Shown here in pieces: positions 50,099 to 60,066 of a stretch of DNA of 64,000 bases (position 1 is its first letter; each line of letters starts with the position of its first letter). The notes under the pieces were generated by a model. The model was given only the letters and a program-made list of their open reading frames with translations, did no database searches and was not told where the DNA came from. The stretch is from an uncultured virus (IMG/VR IMGVR_UViG_2061766007_000524) (Duplodnaviria > Heunggongvirae > Uroviricota > Caudoviricetes): the IMG/VR virus record IMGVR_UViG_2061766007_000524. One strand, written 5' to 3'. The position numbers were made by a program, and so were the translations under genes.

Positions 50099-51229
50099 TT
50101 AAGCCGCCGTGACAGTAACGGTCACAGAATCCTGATAAAGAACTTCCGTCATGGAGTTCGTTACCTTCGCTGTGATAATCGTAGTGCCAGTGCTTGCCGG
50201 AGTAACTACGCCAGACGAAGAAACCGTTGCAACAGAAGTTGCGCTGGATTCAAACGTCACCTGAGACATATCGGAAATGTTCGTCAGAACACCGCCAACA
50301 CTGTACTTCACAGGCAGCGTAAGAGTTTTACCCATCTGGACGGAAGCGCCGCCGCCAAGACCGATGAAGTAGATACCGTCAACCTTCGCCGTGGAGCTGT
50401 TCGTACCGAGCATTTCATCCACGATGAAGCCGTAGACCTGATTACCGATTGCAGCGCAGTTGCCGTTTGCAATTGCCTGTTCATAACTAAGGCAAGTACC
50501 GGAAAGGTCAACCGTACCAGTTTCAGTCTGAGAAGCGGTCTCCTTCATTGCGGCGGTGAAGAAGTAGTACGGGAAGTAGTAGTGACGGATGCCAACGATG
50601 GAAGATTCCATAACGTCACTGCCGCCCTTCTTCGCATAGAGGTTAACAGCGAAGTGTGCACGTACCACTTTCGGAGCAAACAGAGCCGGAATGGTAAGAG
50701 CCTGTGCGGAGCTGTTGGTAATGAAGTATTTCACGCAGTAAGTGTTGGAAGGAACAGCAGTAAAGCCAACAACTGCACCACCGTCACCGACAGCGTAAGC
50801 CGTACCGGAAGCAGCTTCAACAGCAGCCCTATCGGAACCGCTGGAAGTCAGAATGTAGCAAACCGCACCATTCTGTCCACCCATAGGAGCAACAGCGCCC
50901 GTGAGAGTGAGAGACGTGCTTGCAGCAGTAACGCCCACGATAGTTTCAATAACGCCGTTACCGGAGAGAGTGCCGCCAACCGTCAGAGCAAGACTGTTGA
51001 TGTTCGTGTCTGCGGTCTGTGCGGTTACATTGAGCCTTGCAGTATCAGGAATGAGCATGACAAGCTGGTTGCCGGGGCCACCGGAAACTTCGCCATTATT
51101 CATGCTTCCTTCAACGCCGAAGTTGCTCACATATGCGGAATATGCCAGAAGGTTATCGTTTTCAACCGAGAAGAACTCAGCATTGACGATGCCCTTAGAG
51201 AACAAAGCTTCTTTCTTGAAAGAATCCAT
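50099..51229 (-). CDS. Major tail protein with C-terminal Ig-like (Big_2) domain
   Basis: Strong codon bias; VTFESSATSVATVSSSGVVT..STGTTIITA; followed by a terminator. Confidence 0.8.
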   Translation of the reverse strand: MDSFKKEALFSKGIVNAEFFSVENDNLLAYSAYVSNFGVEGSMNNGEVSGGPGNQLVMLIPDTARLNVTAQTADTNINSLALTVGGTLSGNGVIETIVGVTAASTSLTLTGAVAPMGGQNGAVCYILTSSGSDRAAVEAASGTAYAVGDGGAVVGFTAVPSNTYCVKYFITNSSAQALTIPALFAPKVVRAHFAVNLYAKKGGSDVMESSIVGIRHYYFPYYFFTAAMKETASQTETGTVDLSGTCLSYEQAIANGNCAAIGNQVYGFIVDEMLGTNSSTAKVDGIYFIGLGGGASVQMGKTLTLPVKYSVGGVLTNISDMSQVTFESSATSVATVSSSGVVTPASTGTTIITAKVTNSMTEVLYQDSVTVTVTAA

Positions 51230-51244
51230 AATAGTTTTTTCCCC

Positions 51245-53714
51245 CTATTCAGATTGTTTTGTCGTTACTCCGAGCAGCCCATGTGCACCAGCATCAAGTT
51301 CAGAAATAGTCTTGAACTCTGCCGGGATTTCAAGCTTCCGGTTGTACTTCCAAGTAGGATATGGGTTCCCACGTTTGAATTTTACAAATCCGGAATGTTC
51401 TGCCGTTTGGAATACTTGATAGTTAATCGTCCGGTCTATCGCATCTTGAATCATCTTAAAGTCACGAATAGACCAGTCCCATATTTCAGACGGGTTCACA
51501 TGGGCGTTAACCGCTACGGAGTAAATAAGGTCATCAATGTTAACATCAATGTCGCTTTGAGCAAGCGACGCAGTGTACTTCCTTGCACGAACGAGTTCTG
51601 GATTCCAGCTCTCGTCAGGGACTTCGTACAAGTTCTGTACGGCAATGATTTTTCTTATCTCGTTCATATCTTGCATGGAAAACAATGTAGGACTATCACC
51701 GTCCATTATTGCCACAGCAACGATATTCCCGTCTTTGTTTCTCAAGTCGCTTATCGGATAAGTTTCCTTACCTTCAACTCTTACGGTTTCAAGCCCCATT
51801 GCCAGAGCCATCACCATGAGTGCGATTGGGAGAAACATTGTCTGTTTACCTTCCGCTTTTGCATCCACATCCAAAGCATCCAAACATTCGCACCATGAAT
51901 ATCTTGCAAACTTCGGTGGTAAAGATGATTGCATCAGCTCGAATGATTGCCTTGCAAGGTGGTAAACACCAAGCTGACGCACTTTCAATTGATTAAAGGT
52001 TCGCCCGTTAAACAGAATTGGTTTCCCTTCACGGACTTTATCTATATATTCATCAAATGCCATCATAATCTACCTTTCTTGGCATATTGAATTACAGAAT
52101 TAAACGTAGTTCGGATTTGGATATTCCCCTACGAAGTCAATCAGCGAATAGATTTTGAAGCCGAGGTTAACACGTTCGTCATCTATCTTCGTAATTGACT
52201 GGACTTGCATGGAACTGATTCCGTTAAACGAAACACCGTTTGTGGCTTCCACAATAGCCTGTACCATNNNNNNNNNNNNNNNNNNNNNNNNNNNNGTATT
52301 GCTTTCCAGAGCGTAGTTTGTCATTACCTTAATGACGATTTGCACCCTGTAAATATAGCCTTTATGCCCCATTAAGAGGTTAGCTGCCGACATATTGGTA
52401 GAACCAAGATAAACATGCAGCCTTGTCTGTGCTTCGTACTGTGCTTGCTGTGCAAACTCCTGTGAGAATATCCTGTACCCTCTATCTTTATCTTTCGGGT
52501 TTGCAGGATTCAGTGGGTCAAAGCGAATTGCTCTTATCTGTTCATCTGTCGGGAGTGGCTGGTCTAACGGTTTTGGCCCATCCCAATACAGCAGTTTCTT
52601 CAATCTTGCCCGTGGATATTTGTTATCTGACGGCGGTGTATATCTGCTGTCTGCCGTATCGCAAAGATACTTTGTCAGCATGTACGGAATTGCTTCTGCT
52701 CCTGCAAGTGTCGGAGCCGTTACCGCTTTACGGAATGGATAATACGGTGATTCAATTGTAGGTTCTCTTTCGAGCCAATCGTCTGCCATGTTATCATCCC
52801 TTTACTTTGACGGTTTCCAGTTCCTTCTTGATGCTTTCAAGATTGTCAGTCATGCTTTTCAGATTTTCTTCGGACATTTGCCTTTCAAACGCCATAAACA
52901 ACCTTGTTACTGTGTCGTTTTTCTGTGCAACATAATCCTTTATTTCTGAATTTACCATCTGTTCCAGAGCTTTGAAGTCATACATCATATCGTAGATGAT
53001 GTTGCTGAGTTCCTTGTCCGTCTTTTTCAGACGTTCAATCTGGTTCACAATGTTGGAGCTTGCCAAATCGTCAAACGCTTCCATTGTTGGATAGAAGTCA
53101 ATCGGCTGTTCTCCAACTTTCACTCCGTTTTCCATCAGATTGATGGATTGGTATTCAAATTCAATTTGCAGATAGTATCTGCAAAGAATCCCCATCATCA
53201 GAAGGTTCTTGATTGCTCTGTTCTCTTTATAAAGCGGCGGTGACATGTACACATCGTCAGCAGTTCCTTCCACAGGTTGAACACACCATCCTGCTATCTG
53301 TTCTGCCAGTCTCATTTTCGCGCCAATATTCAGATACAATCTTGCGTTTGTGATCTGCTCTTTCGTAACAACAACAGCCATAGCGTTTATAATCTCCCTT
53401 CTTTACGCTTCGCCTTGATATTATTTTTTCTTCTTTGCCGGAATCTTTTTCACTTCCACAACCGGAGCTTTTGTTACTTTCACGTTTCCGTTTTCGTCCC
53501 AGATTCCCGGATTGATGGATTCGGCTTTCAGCTTGTCACAGTTTACCCATGACGGAAGCAATGTGCAGTTCCGGATGTTCGGGCAAAAACCCTGATGCTG
53601 GCACAACTTCGGTGCAACGTCTGAAAGCTTGGTTGATGTAATCTTTCCCCCACAGTCGCAGATGATATAATCAACACCATTGCTGCGATAAGCGTGTTTA
53701 CATTCCATGTTCAT
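51245..53714 (-). CDS. Tail assembly/neck region proteins (51245..52066, 52100..52789, 52794..53381, 53421..53714)
   Basis: Position between head-tail joining and major tail genes; EIWDWSIRDF chaperone-like motif in 51245..52066. Confidence 0.6.
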
Positions 53715-53720
53715 TTCTCC

Positions 53721-55055
53721 TTACGGATAAAGTTTGATTGACATTGTGTCTGTCGTATCATGTGCAGATACCGTTATTACAAGCGGCGTTCTTGCCGCAC
53801 TGTAGCATGTTATCTTATAGGTGTTCAGCCCGGTCATTTCTGCTTTGTAAGTTCGCTCCGGTGCACCGCTGAATGTAAACTGGACTTCCTCGCTTGTCTC
53901 TATGCCGTTCTCAATGTATGCGGCTGTTACAATGCAGCTATCCTGTTCATCCAACACGTCAATCGGCGTACTGGTGAATGTTACTCTGCTCTCACCCGTA
54001 GCTGTCACTTCAATTTCAAGAGACTGTTTCTGCTCTCTATTCTGCTCCAAATAGACGCTTATGAGCGCTTTTCCTTCTGAGACAGCAGTTAATACACCTT
54101 CGTCACTAACTGCAAGCACAGCAGCGTCAGACGTTTCATACACATAGCTGATGGGATGTTCTTCGGTGCTTTCAACTTCTATCTCATTTCGATAGCTTGT
54201 CAGCTCAATTTGCTGTGTACCACCGATAACCATGTGTTCGTGTGCACTGATTGAAATGAACCATGAGAAGCTATAATAGTCTGCAACTTGAAGCTCAATG
54301 CTGTCCTGTTCAAGCGGTTCCTGACGTTCAATCGTAAATGCCATGATGTGAACGCTGTCTGGGTCATCCGTGTATTCTCTGGTAAAATCGTTTATACCAC
54401 GAATCGCATAAGCTGCTTTGCCTTGCATCATTCTGGTGTTTTCAGTAAACTCCCGTGTGATGCTGTTCAACTGGCAGAAGCAGTTCATGTAGTTCTTTGA
54501 AAGGATAATGTTTTCTGTGACTTGCGGTGCATTGCCAAGCGTACCCAACTTCGTAAATGCCATCGGGACAGAAACAATGTTGCCGTAGTAGTCCAGCTTA
54601 TTGATAACGGTGTTGCATCTTCTTATCAGAGCCGTTCCACGTACTGTATAAACACCTTTCGGCTTGTAGACCATCCACCAGTTAGAATCGAAATACATAT
54701 AAGCGCCTTGGCCTATCGTGTCAATTCCTGTAGGTTGGAGAATGTAAATCTTGAACCAGTCATCAGTCATCAGCTCACCGCTGCTGACTTGTACGGCATT
54801 GTCCACACGAATCTTGATAGGAACGTATGAATACCAATCATCCAGATTGATGCCCTGTGCTGCCGTTTCATAAACGTTGCTTGCAATCTCTCCTACTTCT
54901 GCCGTATAGAGAAGCGTTTCGTCACGGATGAACTGTTTCTGCAATCCGGTTCTGATTTTTACACTGTTCGGTTTATTAACAGTTCCGGTCACGCCAAGAA
55001 GGATAGCGTCTCTTGCAAGCTCGTTTAAGTTTGCCATCCCACCGCCCCCATTCAC
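53721..55055 (-). CDS. Head closure / head-tail joining protein with Ig-like domain
   Basis: IRRCNTVIN..D.YG; YETSDAAVLAVSDEGVLTAVSEGKALI Big_2-like repeat. Confidence 0.6.
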   Translation of the reverse strand: MNGGGGMANLNELARDAILLGVTGTVNKPNSVKIRTGLQKQFIRDETLLYTAEVGEIASNVYETAAQGINLDDWYSYVPIKIRVDNAVQVSSGELMTDDWFKIYILQPTGIDTIGQGAYMYFDSNWWMVYKPKGVYTVRGTALIRRCNTVINKLDYYGNIVSVPMAFTKLGTLGNAPQVTENIILSKNYMNCFCQLNSITREFTENTRMMQGKAAYAIRGINDFTREYTDDPDSVHIMAFTIERQEPLEQDSIELQVADYYSFSWFISISAHEHMVIGGTQQIELTSYRNEIEVESTEEHPISYVYETSDAAVLAVSDEGVLTAVSEGKALISVYLEQNREQKQSLEIEVTATGESRVTFTSTPIDVLDEQDSCIVTAAYIENGIETSEEVQFTFSGAPERTYKAEMTGLNTYKITCYSAARTPLVITVSAHDTTDTMSIKLYP

Positions 55056-55735
55056 CTGATACCTACAACTTCAACATACTTCCAATTCTGTTCGTAATGC
55101 CGAAGCATATCTTGCAAGGTATCATTCGCTAACTTTATCCGTTCCGTATTCGCCGCCATGTGCGAAGCTTCGCTTATCGGGCTGAAACCGCTGTCTCTGA
55201 TTTTTGCTGTTCTTTCGATGACGTTGTTGATGAATCTGTTTTCCCATGCAACATAAACGCAGTAGGCCAGAATCTCAATCTGTTCATCCGTCAAGTCTGC
55301 TTCAAATGCACCGCTCTTGTACAGGTCGATTACAACATTCGTGTCTTTTTTAATGTCCTGATTGATAGTCACGTTTCCGGTTTCCGGGTCATACTCTCCT
55401 GCAATCGGAGTAAACTGCGGCACACCATATACATCTTCTGAGATAATCCCAACCGAAACAATGTCATAACCCGTCACAGACGTTTCTACCACTATGGGAG
55501 CTGTTTCATCTTCATCAGGCATATAGAAATACTCGTCAAACAAAGGAGCTTCATATGCGCTCAGAATATGCTGCATTTGAGGGGGCTTGTTGAAATACGA
55601 TTTCCCCGCCATCATGTAAGACTTCATGCGGTTATAAAAAAGAGGGAGACGTGTGGTTAAATCTTGGTCGAGCGTAATGTCGTTTTTTATGTACATCATT
55701 GCTCTTGTCTCTATCGTTTCAAACGTAGTTCCCAA
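55052..55735 (-). CDS. Head-tail adaptor protein (putative)
   Basis: MGTTFETI...FEADLTDEQIEILA...W...FS..SEA.H. Confidence 0.6.
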   Translation of the reverse strand: MGTTFETIETRAMMYIKNDITLDQDLTTRLPLFYNRMKSYMMAGKSYFNKPPQMQHILSAYEAPLFDEYFYMPDEDETAPIVVETSVTGYDIVSVGIISEDVYGVPQFTPIAGEYDPETGNVTINQDIKKDTNVVIDLYKSGAFEADLTDEQIEILAYCVYVAWENRFINNVIERTAKIRDSGFSPISEASHMAANTERIKLANDTLQDMLRHYEQNWKYVEVVGIR

Positions 55736-55766
55736 TTTAACAACGCCCCCTCTGGTTTGTTTGTTA

Positions 55767-55839
55767 TAGCAGCGATTGGACTTGCACCAATGTTCTCCAC
55801 ATTATGACTGTGGCGAGATAACTGCTTCTCTACGCTGCG
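55767..55839 (-). tRNA. Divergent tRNA with CAT anticodon (Met/fMet-like)
   Basis: CGCAGCG-TA-GAGA-AGCAGTTA-TCTC-G-CCACA-GTCATAA-TGTGG-AGAAC-ATTGG-TGCAAGT-CCAAT-CGCTGCT-A: full cloverleaf, C1:U72 mismatch, atypical T loop, no encoded CCA. Confidence 0.75.
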
Positions 55840-55957
55840 ATATAATCACCGCTTCGGGTGATTCTCATTCCACAATATAATCATGGATATGAGAATCAAC
55901 TCGAATGCGATATTTATTATTGCCGTTGTGGTGTCCATTCAGAACACCTCTTTTCGT

Positions 55958-56680
55958 TTACTGCGCGTCTGCGGCGTTCATTTCTTCAATGATATTGATG
56001 AAATCCCCTCTGACGCTGCCAGCTTCTTTACTGAGTGTATTCAGCTTCGTGACAAGCTCCCTTGTCACTTTCGGATTGCCATTTCTGAATGCTTCATAGT
56101 AGCGCTTGGCAACCATTTCTTTATGGCCCTTACAGAGTTTCGGATAGATTTCCAACATTTCGTCTCCAAGGTCTACCATCTTGGCAAATGCTTTCTTGTC
56201 AAGATATTCGCCCTCTTTGTAATCTACGCCGAAAGCTTCCCGTTCTTCATCAGTCAAGCCACTCACAACGATAATCCATCTGTTTTCCATCATGGACTGG
56301 AATGCTCCATCCATCACGCTGGACAAGTCATTTTTCGGAACGTAGAAACTTCCGGTCTTTCCGGTGATTCTACCGTATCTGCCGTTCTCTCCGACGATGA
56401 AAATGTTATCGTCTGCAACTTCCGCTTCAAAAAGGAAGTGCACCCTTTCAGATTCCTGCTGTGTCATTTGAATGACAGGAGCTTGTTTTGCTTCTGTTGC
56501 CTGTTTGAGAAGTTCCTTCATTTCTGCAAGCTGACGTTTCAGCTCTGCTACTTCGTCATTCTCTTTAACAGGCTTTTCAACTTTCTTCGGTTCCTCTTTG
56601 ATTTCTTCCTTTACTTCTTCTTTGACTTCTTCTTGAATCGGTTCCTGTGCTGCCGTTGTAGATTTACGCCCTCTTGCCAT
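55958..56680 (-). CDS. Hypothetical virion-morphogenesis protein
   Basis: Likely start MARGRK at 56680 with RBS GAAGGGAG; acidic low-complexity N-terminus. Confidence 0.7.
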   Translation of the reverse strand: MARGRKSTTAAQEPIQEEVKEEVKEEIKEEPKKVEKPVKENDEVAELKRQLAEMKELLKQATEAKQAPVIQMTQQESERVHFLFEAEVADDNIFIVGENGRYGRITGKTGSFYVPKNDLSSVMDGAFQSMMENRWIIVVSGLTDEEREAFGVDYKEGEYLDKKAFAKMVDLGDEMLEIYPKLCKGHKEMVAKRYYEAFRNGNPKVTRELVTKLNTLSKEAGSVRGDFINIIEEMNAADAQ

Positions 56681-56771
56681 GTACCATAATCTCCCTTCTG
56701 TATGGCTTTCAGTTCTATAGTCGAATGCTGGAATCGAACCAGCCAACACCTTTTTCGACATATTCAATCAC

Positions 56772-56800
56772 TTGCGTTGTCTTGCATTGTATGATATAAT
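56772..56800 (+). promoter_or_regulatory. Sigma-A promoter for the RHH/GIY-YIG insertion
   Basis: TTGCGT-17 nt-TATAAT with extended TGn. Confidence 0.75.
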
Positions 56801-56827
56801 TAAATCACAAACATAAAGGGGGTTCTT

Positions 56828-56971
56828 ATGAACACAAGTAGTTTTACATTTCGTCTCCCGGATGATTTGCGGGAAAAACTTCAGCAAATTGCGGATGAAG
56901 AAGGTCGGTCGTTGTCAAACATGATTGTTTACATTTTGCGTAAGGAAGTTGAAAAACATGGGGAAAGCTGA
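56828..56971 (+). CDS. Arc-like ribbon-helix-helix protein, 47 aa (not in ORF track)
   Basis: MNTSSFTFRLPDDLREKLQQIADEEGRSLSNMIVYILRKEVEKHGES; RBS AAAGGGGG. Confidence 0.85.
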   Translation: MNTSSFTFRLPDDLREKLQQIADEEGRSLSNMIVYILRKEVEKHGES

Positions 56972-58188
56972 AACACGATTTATGCTGTATTGCCACATCA
57001 ATCGCATTAACTACAAAATGTACTTTGGAATTACGAAGAACAATATCAGTCAGCGTTACCACGGAAGTCATGGTTATAAAGGGTGCACTTCATTCTATAA
57101 TGCAATCAAAAAATATGGTTGGGACAACTTTGAACATATAGTCGTTCTTGACAATCTTTCCCGTGAAGATGCTGAATTTGCTGAAAGATTTGCAATCGCT
57201 CACTTTAATACCACTAATCCGAAGAAAGGGTACAACATTCAGAGTGGCGGCAAATCAACTGGCGAAGNNNNNNNNNNNNNTTGTTGAAGCCGCTTCCGGT
57301 GAAAATGCTCCAAGGAGAAAACCTGTTGTAGTGTTTGACCTAAATGGTAATAAGATTGAAGAATTTGTTACTACTAAGGACGCAAACGCAAAATATAAAT
57401 CTTCAATTATTTGGAAAAACGCCAACAGATATTCACGCGCAATTAACGGTTATTTTTTTCGCTTCAAAAGTATCGTAGGTGATTCTGAAAAGATGGACGA
57501 TGATGACTTGGCAAATTCTCCTTTAAAACTTATCCCGAAAAACTTAGGTTACGCAGTGTATCACTCTGTTGTTTCTTTTGATAGGAAAACAGGTAAAAGA
57601 GTTAAAACATACAAGCGAATAAAAGATGCGCTTTTTGAATGTAATATTACGGATAATCGTATTTGGAAAAAAGGTTATCTATTGTCTGAAGAATATGTTT
57701 TCAAATACGAGGAAGATGTTATTGGCGTAGAAGTTTTAGATTTATCTTTCCTTGATGTTCAGATTGACCATGGAGAAAAAGAAGTTAATCAATATAGTTC
57801 TGATGGGGAACTTTTGAAAACTTATCCTTCACTAAGAAATGCTGCTGACGAAACTGGACTATCTTATAAATCAATGTCTCAATGTGCTTCTCACAAAACT
57901 CACTCTTGCGGCGGGTTCGTNNNNNNNNNNNNNNNNNNNNNNNNNNAGCCGAAAACTTGTGAGTTCACGAGGAGAGAAAGAGGAGCATACAAATATAAGC
58001 CTATAGACCAAATTGATTTATCTTCCGGAAAGATAATCAAAACTTTTCCTTCTATGACTGCTGCTGCAAACGCTGTTTCTGTTTCTAAATCAAGCATTTA
58101 TTCCGTTGCAAGTCACGTTGGAAATTGTGTTTCTGCTGCCGGATATGGGTGGCGATATCATCAAGAGGAACTCGAAGGGGTGGGGTAA
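56958..58188 (+). CDS. Free-standing GIY-YIG homing endonuclease with NUMOD1-like repeats (one gene split by N gaps)
   Basis: LYCHIN.IN.KMYFGIT, FYNAIKKYGWDNF, GYNIQSGG; repeats V.QY..DG.L.KTY.S...AA, CVSAAGYGWRY. Confidence 0.85.
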
Positions 58189-58200
58189 ACCACCCCTTCG
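58173..58200. terminator. Hairpin between convergent endonuclease and capsid genes
   Basis: CGAAGGGGTGG-GGTAAA-CCACCCCTTCG. Confidence 0.75.
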
Positions 58201-58208
58201 TCTTGTCT

Positions 58209-59435
58209 TTAGATGGTGCAGTAGCCCATCTTGTCCGCTACAATGGCTGCTGCGTCGATAGCAATTGTCAAATTTGTAACGAACTCGAAATTCGGCCCCT
58301 GTTCGGGGGTCATCGTAATCGTGATAGGCGTTGCGCTGTTGTAGCAAATCGTCATCGGCTTACGTGCGTTGGATGCCATCATCCAAACTTTCTGGTTGTC
58401 CAGAATGGTGTTCAGTGTACCCGGAACGATTGCATCATTCAGCGGCATAAGACGGACGCTCATGTACTCGCCAAGGTATCCGCTGCGGATGTAGTCAGCG
58501 CCAAGCAGAGTAGCCAGAGCAGCGTCCATGCTGGTGTTAGAGGAACCAGTTTGCTGAGTCGGCAGCACCTTGGACAGAGCAATAGCACTACCAAAAGCGA
58601 TAATGTTATTGAAGCTGGTGTTGTTCAGAGCTGCAAGCTTGTTAGCAAGCGTTACCCAGTTCACAGACCCAAACGTGTAAATCAGTCCGGAAGGAATCTT
58701 CGTGGTGTCAGAAGCCATAGCAGTGAGGACTTCATTGAACATCCCCATCGTTTTTGCGTAGAGACCAGCGGAGAGATTCGCAAAGAAGCGTCCAAAGTCA
58801 ACATTGTTGCCGACAAGCTGATGCCACTTCATGCGGATTTCTGCGGTTTTCGGCTGCGGATTGAGGGTAATGTCCTTGCTGTAGAAGCGGTTTGCCGGAA
58901 CGCTGCGGGATGCACCCCAAGCGGAATCCTGAAATACAGGAATGTCATCGGAGTTGATGGAGAGCTGATAAGTCTCGCCAAAACCAACCTCGACTACATC
59001 GGCAAACACGCTGACAGCTTCGGAGTAAACACGAGGAAGAATCGGAGTGATGATTTCCTGATAAAGCCCCTGCAGGACTTTGAGGAACGTGCTGTTGTTG
59101 TAGTAGCTCATTCCATGACGCTTGAAGTCCTCAAAGGATTCCGGAGCGGTCTCGCCAGTAACAGCACAAGCCTTGTTTGCAGCATACAGAAGGTGTTCTG
59201 CTTGGAACTGCTCATTGAGCTTGGTGTATTCGGTATCGCTGACATGCTGTGCAGCGCCGTTGTTTCTGATATTCAGAGCGTTGTCAATTGCGCTCTTACC
59301 ACGACGGGCGTGTTCATAAGCAAGGAGACGGCCCTCGCTGATAATGTCGGCACGAGCTTTGCTACCGTCAGCGGTCTCATTTGCACGTACTTCAAACACG
59401 CTCGAAGATACGGAGTTAAGGGAAAGTCTTTCCAT
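58209..59435 (-). CDS. Major capsid protein
   Basis: 408 aa, very strong codon bias, follows scaffold and decoration genes; FADVVEVGFGET. Confidence 0.8.
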   Translation of the reverse strand: MERLSLNSVSSSVFEVRANETADGSKARADIISEGRLLAYEHARRGKSAIDNALNIRNNGAAQHVSDTEYTKLNEQFQAEHLLYAANKACAVTGETAPESFEDFKRHGMSYYNNSTFLKVLQGLYQEIITPILPRVYSEAVSVFADVVEVGFGETYQLSINSDDIPVFQDSAWGASRSVPANRFYSKDITLNPQPKTAEIRMKWHQLVGNNVDFGRFFANLSAGLYAKTMGMFNEVLTAMASDTTKIPSGLIYTFGSVNWVTLANKLAALNNTSFNNIIAFGSAIALSKVLPTQQTGSSNTSMDAALATLLGADYIRSGYLGEYMSVRLMPLNDAIVPGTLNTILDNQKVWMMASNARKPMTICYNSATPITITMTPEQGPNFEFVTNLTIAIDAAAIVADKMGYCTI

Positions 59436-59462
59436 AGTAGTTATCTCCTTCCTACAAGTTGA

Positions 59463-60050
59463 TTATGCAGACACGGAGCATTTCGTAGCAATCACATCGT
59501 AGTAAGCGAAGCTCTCAGAAGCACCTTCGATGAACTTACCAGTACCAGCGATAATGAAGTACGGAACACCAGCCGTAGTGGGAGCGGAAGCGGCAGGAAC
59601 AAGCTTGCCGTCATCAATCGTCGCATAGCCATTGCTTCCAACGGTCGTGGAGAAGTTGCCTACGCCGAAACGATAGCGGCTCTGACCGTCAAAGTGGATG
59701 CGGGTGAAGTTGCCGTAACGTCCAGCAGGAACGCCAAGGCCAAGGGTCTCAGTTCCGATGAAGTAGTTGTTACCTTTTACAACGCCAAGCTGGTTGTCAT
59801 AGGTATCACAAGCAAAAATCGGGGTGTCAATGGTGGCAGCGTCAGTCGCGTCAACCATCGTCCACGTATTCTCGTTGTACAGGCCGGAGAATCCTTCTAC
59901 AGGAAGCGCCGCACCAGTCACGACAAGTCTGCCAGCGTCACAGTCAGCAAACGCATCCGAATATTTATATTTGCCAGCGACATGGGAGAGAATGTCGTTC
60001 TCGTTGTTCGTAAGACGCGCTTCAAAAGCGGTATTAGCAGTAAAAGCCAT
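59463..60050 (-). CDS. Capsid decoration / minor structural protein
   Basis: 195 aa beta-rich, high codon bias, between scaffold and capsid genes. Confidence 0.6.
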   Translation of the reverse strand: MAFTANTAFEARLTNNENDILSHVAGKYKYSDAFADCDAGRLVVTGAALPVEGFSGLYNENTWTMVDATDAATIDTPIFACDTYDNQLGVVKGNNYFIGTETLGLGVPAGRYGNFTRIHFDGQSRYRFGVGNFSTTVGSNGYATIDDGKLVPAASAPTTAGVPYFIIAGTGKFIEGASESFAYYDVIATKCSVSA

Positions 60051-60066
60051 AGTGTTTTACCTCCTA

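Noticed and set aside
57148..57287. Programmed frameshift or pseudogene in the GIY-YIG gene
   Set aside because: The frame change coincides with an N gap of uncertain length
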